Assembly: GCF_004010195.1 (NCBI RefSeq) | Contig: NC_057749.1 | Span: 7,337,416-7,401,415, forward strand | Source: Chiloscyllium plagiosum | Lineage: Eukaryota | Direction of reading: 5' to 3' | Length of the DNA stretch: 64,000 nt | In this document: positions 12,129 to 25,519 of the stretch, in pieces | Layout: the number at the start of each line of letters is the position of its first letter | Numbering within the stretch: position 1 is the first letter of the stretch | Notes under the pieces: model-generated | What the model saw: only the letters and a program-made list of their open reading frames with translations | Told to the model about the DNA's origin: nothing | Database searches by the model: none | Made by a program: the position numbers and the translations under genes

Positions 12129-12621
12129 GTGTAGTCTGATTGAAAGTGTTCCAAACTTGCTGTTGCATAAAAATATTATCACATCGCCATCATGCAGTAA
12201 CCTACAAGCTGGCATATCATATCCCATTCATTTCAACTGGAAATAGTTATCAGATTTGAAATCTAGTTACTGACAATCAGTAGCGACAACGCATACCCAT
12301 TTCCTCCTGCCACCAAAACAAGGCTTGCTTCTTGAGCTTGCTGCAAACTGATGACAACAAGCTATACAATAATCACCAGTGAGCTGTTCTTCTGTTCAGT
12401 TTTAAGCAGAATTGTCCATTTACTTGAACCTGTCTCAATACACCAACAGTGTCACCAAACTGCTCAGGCTACACAACAATGCCATCTGGCTTGTCTCACT
12501 GCTGGCGTTGTCTGGAAGCTTTGTGCATGCTTGGAGCAATGGTGCCCACAAAGTAATTTTATTGTGGCACTAAACCCATTCAGTGACTAAAAGAACAGAG
12601 AATAGTATGGCCCACCATGTG

Positions 12622-12900
12622 AGCGGCACGGTGGCACAGTGGTTAGCACTGCTGCCTCACAGCGCCAGAGACCCGGGTTCAATTCCTGACTCAGGCGACT
12701 GACTGTGTGGAGTTTGCACGTTCTCCCCGTGTCTGCGTGGGTTTCCTCCGGGTGCTCCGGTTTCCTCCCACAGTCCAAAGATGTGCAGGTCAGGTGAATT
12801 GGCCATGCTAAATTGCCCATAGTGTTAGGTAAAGGAGTAAATGTAGGGGAATGGGTGGGTTGCGCTTCGGCGGGCCTGTTTCTACACTGTAAGTAACCTA
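12622..12900 (+). mobile_element. HE1 V-SINE, young (CpG-rich)
   Basis: gcggcacggtggcacagtggttagcactgctgcctcacagcgccagagacccgggttcaattcc. Confidence 0.95.
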
Positions 12901-12924
12901 AAAAAAAGTACAGCAAGGGAATGG

Positions 12925-13235
12925 GACCTTCGACATGGATTCAAATTCCACTGATGGATTTTAAATTCAATGAATTCTAGAATTGAAGTCTAGTCCCAAT
13001 AATAATAAACATGAAACTATCATTAATTGTTGTGAAAAATCATCTGGTTCACTCTATGAATGGAAATCTGCTGTCCCTATCTGTTCTGACCTATTTGTGA
13101 CTCCAGACCAATAGAATTGTGGTTGGCTCTCAACTGCTCTCCAAAATGGCCCAACAGGGCACTCACTTCAAGGGTAATTAGGGGTGGGCACCAAATGTAG
13201 TGTTGTCAATGATGTCAACATCCCATGGAAAAAAA
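12925..13235 (+). mobile_element. SINE family B, degenerate
   Basis: catctggttcact, gtgactccagacc, tail. Confidence 0.7.
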
Positions 13236-13287
13236 TGCAAGAAAAATATGCATGCCATTTGCAATGTAAAAGACAGAAAGTTAGCAT

Positions 13288-13523
13288 TAGTGGAGTGATT
13301 GGAACCATAACCAAGTGGACCGCATTGACTATGAGACCCTTGATTGGGGCTGTTAATCTGGGGCAATCAGGGAGCCCTGACTGACAGATATAAACAAGGG
13401 ACTGAGAAGGTCTCCTCAGTCTAAGGACTGGCTTGCAACTGGCTGGTCAGAGCACATGTACAGTGCACATGTAAATAAAGGGTGACTTGGTGATGTGATA
13501 CTGGCCTCTGTGCAGTTATTTCA
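13288..13523 (+). mobile_element. Short solo LTR, uninterrupted
   Basis: Inverted CCAAT-like pair, gatataaa, aaataaa, ends ttatttca. Confidence 0.6.
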
Positions 13524-15379
13524 ATCAGCTAAATGGTGGGAAAAAAACAGGTATCTCAAGGGACTGATGTAATGGTTGGTGTGCAGGTTGTCAAAAGACA
13601 GGTGAGATGATGGGGTTTGTGCACTGTTGTGGGAAAACTGAATATAACAGCAAATTTATTTTGTACCAGAGGTTCTGTTACAATTGGAAATGCCATTGCA
13701 GCCTTTGTAAAAGGAAACTGTTTTTGAAAACATCAAGGACCAGGCACAGAAAAGTGCAGAAGTGTTACAGCACAGAGAAAAGGCTCTTCAGCCCAATGTG
13801 TCTGTGCTGGCTCTTCAATAGGCAACATTACCCACTGTCAGGTTCTTGCTTTTATCACAATACTCTTGTACTGCCAGACCAAACAGGTTCAGAATGGGAG
13901 GTTCCCCACCCCTTCAGTACTTGAATGAACTTGTAGCATTATTACAACAATTGGATAACTTCAAATCCACTCTCTTGTGCCAATCTGTAAATTACTCAGT
14001 TTGCTGAGTTCGAGTTCTCAACTTAGCTTGATATGAATTTGTATTCATGATGCACTTACCTCTTTCCCCTGAGCAAATGTCCTCCTCACCACCAAAAAAA
14101 GTCTCAAAACTCCAGCCAGAAAGGGATAATTTAGAACATGACTTTTCATGCAGAGAGTGGCTGCAATTGGAATGTTTTACAGGAGTGGTTTTTGAGGCAA
14201 AGATTATATGATTTAAAAAGTGGATTGGATTCATATTTGGAACACATATACAAAACTCCAGCAAGCAGATAGGAAAATGCTACCAGGACAGGTAGCTCCA
14301 AGTTTACACCAGCAAAAGCAAAGGATCATGCACACTGTATTCTGAAGAAAAAATAGAGGGATAGAGTCATACAGCATGGAAACAGATCCTTCGGTCCAAC
14401 TGGTCCATGCTGACCAGATTTCCCAAACTAAACTAGTTCCATTTGCCTGCATTTGGTCGATATCCCCAGGAAAGAATGACAGCACATTTTTTCCAATCAT
14501 CACAAATGCAAATTCAAACTTTACAACTGCCCTGTGTACACAATACAAATTATTAATGCCTTTGCTCAAGTAGATTCAATAAAGCAGGGTAGCAGCCATT
14601 TATCCTTTACAGCTCGCAGTTATAAAACACCCGATTCACTTCCCCACAATTTTTCACTGACATGATTGATGTTCTACAGGTCTCGCTGCGTAATTGACAG
14701 ATTCAAACAAACACATTCCCAAGAACTTGGGTTTATTTTTATTCATTCGTTGACAGGAAGTTTACATCACTTGCCAGGTCAAACGCCCTCGAAGGGGAGG
14801 GGGTGGAGAGACTCCTTCTTGAACCATTGCAGTCCACATGGTGTGATTAGAACCCAGTGGAAGGAGTTCAGATATCACAGTCCCTTTAATAAACAGCCCC
14901 ATTCTCCTCTCCCACTGTCACACCAAACAGAAAGCTAAATCAGGCTAAATGGAATAACTTTGAGCTGTGACAATGCAGTGGACACAAATCCATGCAGAGC
15001 TTTAATATATGCCTAACTAATTTGCAAGAGAAAGTATATTTGAATCAGGAGTTCCATAAACTACAGATAAAAATAAGGTAATTTGAAAATCTTTGTACCA
15101 TGGACTATTGAATCATTCACTCTGTAATTCAATCTCCACCATAACTGAAAAACACTCAAGGATTTAACAAAAGTGGTTCCTTGAATTTCTACACCACTGC
15201 CTTCAAATTGACTGAATTTCATGTCCTGTGAGTGAAAATGCAGATAATTGAGGATATTTTTATCTCGAGGTTCTTGCATCTAATTGTTTTAATCAGGTTA
15301 AAAATTCTATTTATGCAGTGGCAGTGACTGGGATGGGACTGAGATGCCAGTGACCGGGATACAGGATCACCTACATCTA

Positions 15380-15530
15380 CTCAAAACAGAGACAGATGCT
15401 CTGATTGTGCAGCATCCCCTTCGGTGCCACATTCAGAAGCCTTAGCTTAGATTTTGTACTCAAGTGTTCTGGAATGACGCCAAAAGATTCCGACTCAGAA
15501 TGAAGAGAGCTTTGACCACTGACTCCTAAC
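15380..15530 (-). mobile_element. DeuSINE 5' remnant
   Basis: Reverse complement of the tRNA-like head (gactcagaatgaagagagc..ccactga). Confidence 0.5.
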
Positions 15531-15667
15531 TGATAACTGCTCAGGGACCAACATCACGGGGAATCAGACACCCAAGAAAGAAAAGTTCCAAACACGGCAA
15601 AGAACTCCGAAACAAAAACAATTACAATATTGGGACCCAGCAAGTATTTGGAACATTTCGAGAATTA

Positions 15668-15845
15668 GTGTAAAGTCACATAGTCCCAAAGGACTGCTCT
15701 CTCTCCTCACAGATTTGACAGGTGGTGAGTTTCACCTGAGGGTCACTACGCTTCAGGCGAGGGGAGAGGTTGAGAAGGAAAGTAACCTCATGGTAACTTC
15801 AGCCAGTGCAGGAATTGAATGCATCACGCTACATCACAAACCAGT
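15668..15845 (-). mobile_element. tRNA-derived SINE, family C
   Basis: cctgagggtcac..caggcgaggggagaggttgagaagga; homologs at 21925, 35965, 44390 and 46238. Confidence 0.75.
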
Positions 15846-16380
15846 CACATTGTCACACAGCATAGAAACAGACCCTTCGGTCCACCATGTCTATGCTGAC
15901 CAACAAAGAATGGACTATACTAATCTAATTACTTGCACTGGATCCATAGTCTATTAAGATCTGGATTTTAAATGCTTATCCAGATGTCACGTTAATACGT
16001 CTGCCACAGGGAAAGGATTCTTGTGATCTACACTATCTATGCCTCTCATAATCTTGTATGCCTCATTCAGATCCCACTTAGCTTCCTCTGCTCAAGGGAA
16101 AACAATCCCAGCCAATCCAGTCTCTCAACCAAACTGAGACTTTCCACCCCAAGCAACATCCTGGTGAATCTCCTCTCCAGATCAATCACATCCTTCCAAT
16201 CATATGGCAACTGGAACTGCACACAGTATTCCATCTAAGGCCGAACCAATGTTTTATAAAGTTGTAACAAAAGTTCCTTGCTCCTGTATTCTATGCCCTG
16301 GCTAATGAAGGCAAGCATTCTGTATGCCTTCGTCACCACCTCATCTATCTATGCTGAGACCTTCAGGGATCTATGCACTA
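15846..16380 (-). mobile_element. CR1 3' fragment
   Basis: aactgcacacagtattcca (reverse of LEYCVQF), CR1 tail. Confidence 0.75.
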
Positions 16381-17007
16381 GTAAAGCAAAGACTCTGTTA
16401 CTGTTTTGTGACTGTGCTGGGCACAAAGTTTCGTTAATGCTTTGTGAAAGCAGTGCATTGAAGCATCAAACCCACTCTTGGATTCTGTTTGTTTGTCACA
16501 GTACATCCTAATTTCACAGGGCAAGGAAACTCAACCTTAAAACCTGGCAGATCTGACAGTCACTTGTAAGTCATGCTTTCGCAGGATTAACGGTTGCACC
16601 AGCAGCATAGCACGTTTATCGAGAAATAATTTGCTGTTGATTACCAGGAGAGTCTGTAGCCAGTGGATATTATAAAATGATAATTCAGCGCAGTGAATAA
16701 TCACTTAATGGTCCAATTCATGAGAGGCATTCATAACATATTTAAAAGCCACAATAAATCGGGACACTCCACACTCGATCACAAGGCACCTATTAGAGCA
16801 GCAAAAGATTAACGACACCAATGGAAAATTAAAATAGATCAGATGGTGAGAGACGGAGGGTAAAGTTCAGGAAAATAAAAGGGATTCAGGATGAGGCTGC
16901 TGCATATAGTTCATACACAGGAAGGGTAGCACTGTCCTCAAGATATCATCAAGCACAGCATGGTGTTAAGTAAGGCGGAAGATAAGTCTGTCTGTTTTAT
17001 AGTGGTG

Positions 17008-17810
17008 TCATAGTCATACAGCATGGAAACAGGCCCTTCAGCCCAAACTGACCGTGGTACCAACTCAGCTAGTTCCAATTGCCTGCATTTGGTCCATATC
17101 CCTTGAAACCCTTCCCATCCATGTACCTATCCAAATGTTGCTATTGTACCTGAATAATTACTCAGTAGAATCATGGAAACAGGCCCTTCGGTCCAACAAG
17201 TCCACACCGGCCCTCCCAAGAGTAACCCACCCAGACCCATTCCCCTACAGTCACACCTGATTAATGCACTTAACCTGCACATCCCTGAACACTATAGACA
17301 ACTTAGCATGGCCAATTCACCTAACCTACATATCTTTGGATTGTGGGGGGGAAACCCACGCAGACACGGGGAGGATGTGCAAACTCCACACAGACAGTTA
17401 TCTGAGGCTTGAATGAACCTAGATCCCTGGTGCTGTGAGGAAGCAGTGCTAACCAAACCAACGGCCCAATTCATCCAACCACTTCCTCTGGCAGCCCATT
17501 CCATATCCACACCACTCTCTGCATGAAGAAGTTACCCCTCAGGCACTTCTTATTCTTTCCCTGCTCACCTTAAACCTATGCCCTCTAGTTTTCAATTCCC
17601 CATCCCTGGAAAAAAGACAATATGCATTCATCCAATCTGTGCCCCTCATGGTTTTATACACCTCAATAAGGTCATCCCTCATTCTCCTGGTATTCCAAGG
17701 AATAATATCCTATCCTGGCCAACCTCTCCCTAAAACTCAGGCCTACTAGCTCTGGCAACATCCTCATAAATCTGCTCTGCACTCTTTCCAGTTTAACTAT
17801 GTGTTTCCTA
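17008..17810 (-). mobile_element. CR1 3' fragment with nested HE1 (17165-17455, -)
   Basis: CR1 tail and ORF2 end resume at about 17480 after HE1. Confidence 0.8.
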
Positions 17811-18059
17811 TGATATTGGATGAGGTGAATGATTGGGTCACCCAAACTTTGTGATTTTCAAGAATTCCAATTCTGGTTTGAGGGGCTTGGACATGGGTGT
17901 CCAGCAGGAGAGACTACACTAGGTGGAGGTTAGGTAAAATGTAACTCCTGCCCATTTCTATTGTCACCCAGATTTATACCATCACTTCCCCACATATCAC
18001 CTCCAACCCTCCACTTCAGCCACCATCACACCAATATGAGATCTAGCTGTGTATAAATA

Positions 18060-18320
18060 TTTTTTAAAAATTCTCTTGTGGATTGTGGGTGTTGCTGGTT
18101 GGGCCAGCATTTATTGTCCATCCCTGGTTGCCCTTGAGAAAGTGGTGGTGAGCTGCCATCTTGAACCACTGCAGTCCATGTGCTGTGGGTTGACCCACAA
18201 TGCCCTTAGGGAGAGAATTCCAGGAGTTTGACCCAGCAATAGCAATGGAATGGCGATATCTTCCCAAGTCAGATTGCTGAGTGATTTGGAGAGGAATGTA
18301 CAACTGGTGATTTCGAGTGA
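18060..18320 (-). mobile_element. CR1/L2-group LINE 3' end (SINE-B partner)
   Basis: SWNSLPKGIVGQPTAHGLQWFKMAAHHHFLKGN. Confidence 0.75.
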
Positions 18321-20339
18321 CTTTTCCACCAAGATAGTAGGGCTAAAGTGGAACTACCAGCACAAAGAGCAGCTGAGGCAAGAAGCATTGATGCACTGGA
18401 GGGAAATCCAGAAAAGGGCATGAGGGATAAAGAAACTGAATATGGATAGGGTTTGATTTACTAGGCTGGAAGGAAGCACATTTGAAGCATCAACATCAGC
18501 CTGGGTCAGGTGGGCCAAATGGCCTTTTTCTGGGCTATTGACTCTATGTAACATCATGGGTTGGATCTCTGAGACCTTGGGACCATTAAAAATGTGAATC
18601 AGGATGCAGATGTGGATGGTTCAACTCCACTTTTGGACAGGTCAAACATTTGCCAGAGGGCGAAGGACATGATGAGGGAACCCTGAACTCAGCAAGGTCA
18701 TTTTTGGCCAAATGTTGAGTTTGAACAGACTCTGTTTTGGCTGTTGCAAGGGCCTTAGGTTTGGGAGCCACAAATAGACAAATGAAATGGAAATGCCCTT
18801 GAAGGTCATGATCTGAGGTTTTATAAACCTCCTGCTCTTTAAACATGAAGAAACTCAGGTTGGCTATGCCCTGCAGGTCAATTATAACCAGGCTGGTGAT
18901 TGTCAGTAGGTCAGTTTGGGTTCTGTTGAGATATCAGTCCAGAATGTGGACAAGTCCTCCCATCAGTGACACAAAGGGACTTGGATAACAAGAATGCATG
19001 AAATTTAACAGATTATCCAGTGCAGATAATAATTATTTTGCCCAGTGCTGTTCTGTTGTTAACCATTAACATTACTCAGACACAGGTCAATGGCTGTGTA
19101 TAACATCTCTTGGTAATAAATCTCCATTGGATTCTTCAATGCCACAATACTCATGCCCATTTAATGTTGCCAAAATAAAATAAACATTACCGCATCAAAT
19201 AGAATACCCTGCTAGAGGCAAAACTCACATCATATGCTGCTTGACCTGCTGAGATTTTCCAGTTTATCTTCTATTAGCGGTGTTTGTATTTGCTTTCATA
19301 TACCACCCTTTAATGGAGCAAGAAGCCAATGTAGGGTCAGTAGAGTTTTAGATTCGTTTGGAGGATAGGAAACCACCAGGAGAGCCTAGCACAGTCAAGT
19401 GAAGGAAATATCAAGCCCCAGATTTAACAGCAGCTGAAAGGGAGCAGGGACAGATACAGGTAACATAACAGAAGTTGACATAGAGAGTTTTAGCAATGAA
19501 GGGGATGTGGGGTGAGAGTATATTTTAGAAAAGGAAAGCTATGAGCTATTACAAAATGTAAGTCAGTTTAATAAACATTCCAGGTCACAGTAAACAAGAC
19601 TCTCTAACACTACTTAGCAATCTTGAACAAAAACAAAATCTGCTTGAATTAGCTTTGTATAGGGACAGTCCTCACTGGTTGATGAGTTCTGGTACTGAGA
19701 GACTGCTGCTCCCTGAATTTCCAATGGCTAAACCCAGCTCTCAAATTCTCCGTGTCAAAAATCTCAGTATTCTTTACTATTGTGGCCCTGGACTGTATTA
19801 ATGGAATAAGGCAGTTCGACTCAGCAGCATAGAAGTTAGGAATTAAGTCTTGTGCTGCTAATATCACTCTTCAGGTTAACAGAGCCTGAACTGAAACAAC
19901 TGGTGCATTTTATAAGAATTTATTCACCACATTGCATTATCTGTGAAGTTTCACACATTCTTGTTATATAAGTCCCATTCAAAATTGAAATGTTTTCCTG
20001 ATAGCATAACTCCAAAGAGGTGCCTCTTGTACATGAATAATGGTCAAGTTGCTTAACCTCTGACTTGGTGAGCCTTGCAGTATTTATACTGACTTATGCT
20101 GGTTTGAAATTTCAGAGTTTTCTAACAAGATTGTCAGAAAAGTTAAATGCAACTTTTAACGGCAACAGAACACTCATGAGAATAACTGCATTTCCAGGTC
20201 TTGCTTCTGGATAAGTGCTCAGTTTTAAAATGGCTGTTCTCATTTCCAAATCCTTATTTCTCTAATCTCTAATCTCCTCCACAGTCTCTGCAATTAGCCA
20301 ATTCTAGCCTCTTGAGCATGATGGGAGATGGGGCAATTG

Positions 20340-20555
20340 TTTTTACTCATTCACAGGATAACAACGTCGCTAGCTGGGCCAGCATTTATTGCCCATCCCT
20401 TATTGCCCAGATGGCAGTTAAGTATCTACCACAATGCTGGGGATCTGGAGTCATATGTAAGCCAGACCAGGAAATGATGGCAGCTTCCTTCCCAAAGGGA
20501 CATTAGTGAACCAGATGGGTTTTTCTGACAATCGACAAGTGAGTCATGGTCATTC
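20340..20555 (-). mobile_element. SINE family B, 3' part
   Basis: ggacattagtgaaccagatgggttttt. Confidence 0.75.
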
Positions 20556-20559
20556 CTGA

Positions 20560-20883
20560 TACACTACGAATATCACTGAACTAGTAAACCCCAGGGAACA
20601 TATTCTCTGAGAAACTGGGTTCAAATCGCACTAAGTCAGCTTTTGGAATTTTAAATTTGACTGATAATACCACACAGTTAAACTAACAAACAATAGTGGC
20701 TGCAAAACTATTGACTGTTGTTGAAAACCTAACTGGTTTATTAATCTCCTTTACAGGATAAAATCTGCCGTCCTTACCTGGTCTGGTCTACATGTGACTC
20801 CAGACCCGTCACCATGTGACTAACTCTTCACTGCCGTCTGAAGTGGCCTAGTAAGCCACTCAGTTCAAGAGCGATTGGGGATG
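20560..20883 (+). mobile_element. SINE family B (tail resumes at about 21752-21810)
   Basis: tccttacctggtctggtctacatgtgactccagaccc. Confidence 0.75.
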
Positions 20884-21748
20884 ATTTAGATTTCATTGTC
20901 ACGTGTACTCAAGTACGGGGTACAGGAGGACAGTGAAAAGTTTACATTGTAGCCACACATTGCACCATCTTAGGTACAAAGTGGTACAGAATCTTAATTA
21001 CAGAAGTAGAAAAATAAAGAAATAAAGTTAAAATAACAAACATTACAGTCATTTCTTAAGTAGGGGAAGTGATGGCCTAGTCTTATTATCACTGGACTGT
21101 TAATGTAAAGACCCAGGTAACGTTTTGGGGATCCGGGTTCAAATCCCGCCACGGCAGATGGTGGCATTTGATGGTCGAATTAAGAATCTAATGATGACCA
21201 TAAATCCATTGCCGATTGTTGGGAAAACCCATCTGGTTCACTCATGTCATTTCGGGAAGGAAACTGCAATCCTTACCCGGTATGGGCCACATGTGACTCC
21301 AGACCCCCAGCAATGTGGTTGACCCTAAACTGCCCTCTGGGTCATTAGGGATGGGCATGCTCAGTGATGCGCTCATCCTGCGAATGAATAAAGGGAAACA
21401 AAAATTAAAAAGCCAGGCGCCTGCAGATGCTCTAAGCAGAGCTTCCCCAGGAGGATTCACTCTCCCCCGGCACTGGGCTCAGATCCACCTGGGCACACCA
21501 GGCTTTGTTGCTGCTCATAAGGCTTCAGCCCTGACCACTGCTGCCACTGTCCAGGTCATGCGGTACCCCGGCTTTTGCCACACTTCCTCGCCACTGCCAT
21601 TGCCTCCAAAAGGTAAGAAATATCAAAATCTAAAAACAAACTTAGAAAAGAAGAAAGAAAGAAGGAAGGAAAGAGTGAATGTGGATGGAATGGAGGAGAT
21701 CCAGACTCAAGAGCCCTGATGCTATCCACTCCACTGCCGCCATCTTGA
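20884..21748 (-). mobile_element. Non-autonomous retroposon with CAAGATGGCGG head and Rex1-like tail (contains a SINE B)
   Basis: gccgccatcttg at 21736-21747; minus-strand tail ttttcactgt..gtacacgtgacaatgaaatctaaat. Confidence 0.6.
21062..21395 (+). mobile_element. SINE family B, full length
   Basis: B-box gggttcaaatccc, full body and tail. Confidence 0.85.
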
Positions 21749-21924
21749 AATTTTGGACAAAATGTTCAGGGGTTGCCAGTGTTGCCCACATCCCATGCAT
21801 ACGGAGAATCTGGGCTTTCATTGATTCGTCATTGGATGCTCTGGTTTCGACTCTGCAATTTTCTTCCTGCCCCCTTTAAAGATGCTTCCCCAAAAACTGG
21901 GACTTTGACCATGCTGTTGCAATA

Positions 21925-22105
21925 GGTTAGTCTTGTGATGCAGAGTGATGCCAAGAATGTGGGTTCAATTCCCACACCAACTGAGGTTACCATGAAGGAC
22001 TCTCCTTTGTGATCTCTCCCCTCACCTAGGTTAAACCTCCACCCGTCGTCTCTGTCTAATGAGAGAGTAGCCCTATGGTCTGATAGGACTATAGCAACTT
22101 TATCT
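21925..22105 (+). mobile_element. SINE family C
   Basis: gggttcaattccc B-box; tail ggactatagcaacttta. Confidence 0.75.
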
Positions 22106-22383
22106 CAACCTTGTGTTTCTCAGTGTCTCATCTGCTAGTGAATGTACCTTGGGGCATTTTATTACATTTTAGATGTTATATAAATGCATATTGTTATAAC
22201 TTCTGGGTTGAGTCCGTGGATAGAATTCTGGGTTTATCAGTAGATGTAGGATCAATTTTCAAAATGATAAAAATAAGCCTTCTAAAGGCGAGCGGAGTCC
22301 CAAAGTTCAAGAAAATGTGCAAGTTTACTCATTAGCATGAACCTGGGGGGTTAATATGAATGGAATTTGGCATTCTATTCTGG

Positions 22384-22692
22384 AGTCATAGAGTCGTAGT
22401 GATGTACAGCATAGAAACAGATCCTTCGGTCCAACTTGCCCATGCTAACCAGATATTCGAAATAAATCTAGTTTCATTTGCCAGCATTTGGTTCATATCC
22501 CCCTGAACAGTTCCTATTTCCATACCCATCCAGATGCCTTTTAAATGCTGTAATTGTACTAGCCTCCACCACCTTCTCTGGCAGCTCATTCCATACCCTT
22601 TGCGTGAATAGGTTGCCTCTTAGATCCATTTTAAGTCTCTCCCCTCTCTCCTCCGACCTATGCCCTCTAGTTTTTGACGCCCCCACCCCAGG
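22384..22692 (-). mobile_element. CR1 3' end
   Basis: LRGNLFTQRVWNELPEKVVEASTITAFKRHLD. Confidence 0.9.
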
Positions 22693-23453
22693 GTTGTACA
22701 GCAAAGCAACATGCTCCGAAACAGTCCATTCCAAAGGTGCAGGTCCCAGATTTCAGAGGTCAAAGTGGCAATCACGAAACACAAGCAGCAATGAACTTGA
22801 GCTGCCTCTGTGAGGAGCACTGATAATATCACATAAGGGACTAAGCCTACTAAAGTGCCCGTTAAAGCAGTCCAACATCAATCAATGCCACGTGCATCCA
22901 TAACATTCAGAGATGGTAAGATGTTAAATATATAAGCTTTCCTTCATTGCTGCCAGAATGTGAAAAATATCCACAAATTGTTCCTCCAGGAGTAATAAAT
23001 ACTCATTACTTTACCTCTCCTGCATTTTATGTGGCTTCATAAACCTTTGCATTTTAATAACAATAATAGTGAGGAATTGATTCAATGGAATTATTGCAGA
23101 CATCTGCTCATGAACTGCAGTGACCTCAGTCAGAATTACTCTTCTAACCTATTCCAAAGTAATAGAAACATTTCTTTCCCCCTCCCAACACATCAGGTTC
23201 CCTGAAAGCTTAAACAACTTCACTCAGCTGTAAATCACCAGACAGCTCGAATTTACACCTGACATCTGAGGAATACTTCTCATTCTCAGCTTAAAGTATT
23301 TTTTTCTCTCCCCAAGAAAAGATGGCCCTTTGGAATATCTTCCCTGTTGGGGCTCTGTCAGTACCTTGATATGAGTTTCAATGGTTTCTCATTTCAATTT
23401 ACACCTTGCTCAGTGCTTTTAGACTTCAAACGGGACAGCAGTTAAGGGTCCTA

Positions 23454-23586
23454 GGAGCAAATTACTGCAGATGCTGGCATCTGTACTGAAAACAAGAAAA
23501 GATTCAAGTCTACACTCAAAACGTTAGCTTACTCTCTCTCCATGGATGCTGCCTGACCCACTGTGATCTCCAGCATTTGTTGTTTT
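23454..23586. mobile_element. Fold-back PLE pLTR remnant
   Basis: TSD cagttaag(ggt/tga)ccta at 23439-23453 and 23587-23601. Confidence 0.65.
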
Positions 23587-24234
23587 CAGTTAAGTGACCT
23601 ATTTCCTTTTAACAGATGTCCACTACCCTTTGCTGAGTGCCCACAATTATATACCAGGGAAAATGATTGGCCTTGCAAAGTTAAAAAATACTTACAACAA
23701 GCTCTCTGAGGTCTTCCTTTTTAATTTCCTTTTCTTTAACTCCATTTAAATCAATCCCACGTTGCTTTCAGGCCAGCAGAACAAAGTTTGGAAAGCCTCT
23801 TGTGATGCCTAACTCCAGAAGTAGGATTGGTTTATGAAAAAAATAATCTCCGCACTGCCCAAGAGGTTTGATTCCTTACTCTAACTCTCAGAGCTCATTA
23901 TAAATCTCCTCACCTGCACCGTGGCTCAGTGGTAATTACTCTTCCAGTTGTAGCACTGAGCTTCACAGATCCCAGGTATAATCCCCAATCTGTGCTCTGT
24001 AAGGTCACACTAATCTGGCTTGGGTCCCTGAGCTAGGTGGAAAGCAGCCAGGGTTCCATCGCACTCTCCGAGAGAACCAAGCTGTGCTCCTCTCAAACCA
24101 CTCTTCACTGAACATATCCAAGGAGACAATTCGGACCTCTCGAGGCAAGTCAAAGATGAAAGTAGATGAAAAGACTTTGGGCTTTTCGAGGGTTGACCTT
24201 ACAGAGTACCAGTCGGAAACAAAATTAAGAGAAT

Positions 24235-24670
24235 AAGACATGGGGTTTGAAATTAGGGGCACGTTTAATTAAATGTACCAATATTAGCAATAAACTTCCA
24301 GATTTAAGATAAATCTGCGACTCACTGCCTGTAAAGATGGTAGAGGTGGACACCCTTGTATGTTTTAAGAAGAAATTAGACGTGTATTTTGTCATGGGGC
24401 GGAAGTGGATACTGCAGATGCTGGAGATTAAAGTCAAGATTAGTGTGGTGTTGGAAAAGCACAGCAGGTCAGGCAACATCTGAGGAGCAGGAAAATCGGC
24501 ACATTGGCAAAAGCACTTCATCAGGAAGCCCTTCATATTTTGTCATGCCAAGGGATACAAGGCTACTGGCCAAGTGCTGGAAAATGGGATTAGAACAGTA
24601 TGGTGATTGTTTCTGAGCAGCACAGTCTTAATGGGCTGAAGGGCCTTTCTCAGTGCTATAGACCTCTCGG
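24235..24670 (+). mobile_element. CR1 3' end split by a pLTR
   Basis: Degenerate CR1 C-terminus and tail. Confidence 0.6.
24397..24535 (-). mobile_element. PLE pLTR insert, hammerhead family A
   Basis: Perfect 12-bp TSD tattttgtcatg at 24385-24396 and 24536-24547. Confidence 0.85.
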
Positions 24671-25056
24671 ACTTCACAAAAAGAAAGGGCAGCTATATCA
24701 GCCTTCACTTGTAACTGGCATCGGTGAGTACACATAGCTAGAAATTGGTTGTGAAAAGGGGCACACACAATTGTGACACTGCCTCGCCCAACAGTCATAA
24801 GATCATGGAATCCATACAGTGCAGATAGATGTTATTCAGCCCACTGAATCTGCACTGACCCACTGAAGAACATCCCACTCCACTCAGACTGGAATTCCCA
24901 AGGCTGGTATCAAACCCAGGTATCTACAGCTGTGAGGCAGCTGAGCCACATTATCTGTCTAGTGGCTATCTCGTGGTTATCAGAAGTAAGACCAAGTGGC
25001 TAATTTGTTCACGGGCAACCAGTGATTCTGATACCACATTGGCTGAGCCTTGAAAG

Positions 25057-25390
25057 ACATGATGGCTCAGTGGTTAGCACTGCTGTCTCATGGTACCAGG
25101 GAGCTGGGGTCAATTCCAGCCTCAGGCGACTGTCTGTGTAGAGTTTACGTGCTCTCCCATTTTCTGCTGGGTGCTCTGGTTTCCTCCCACAGTCCCAAAG
25201 ATGTGTAGGTTAGGTGGATTAGCCATGCTAAGTTGCCCTGTAGTGTCCAGGGATGTGCAGGTTAAGTAAATTAGCCATGGTAAATGCAAGGTTACAGGGA
25301 TAGGGTTGGGGCTGGGTCTGGCTGGGATGCTTGTTGGAGGTTGGTGCAGACTTGATTGGCCAGATGGCCTCTTTCTGCACTGCAGAGGTT
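25057..25390 (+). mobile_element. HE1 V-SINE
   Basis: Head, duplicated V-domain segment, tail. Confidence 0.85.
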
Positions 25391-25519
25391 CAAGCAAGGG
25401 GCAGGCACCAGCTGCTTCTTCACAGTTACCACATAGGAAACATAGGCAACTGGAATACTACCTGCCCTGAGACACGTCTGACCACACAGAAAACTGGCAG
25501 TGCCAAATGTTTAGAAGTC

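Noticed and set aside
12622..12690. SINE heads as functional tRNA genes
   Set aside because: They continue into the V-domain and CR1 tail, so they are HE1 SINEs
14047..14130. Perfect minus-strand donor AG|GTAAGT
   Set aside because: No convincing acceptor or coding signal upstream
19823..19859. agcagcata...tgtgctgct hairpin with a miR-15/103-like seed
   Set aside because: Stem of only about 9-11 bp; too short for a pre-miRNA and no mature-sequence match recognised
24005..24236. Frame open on both strands
   Set aside because: Adjoins old SINE-like and CR1 sequence; no protein resemblance
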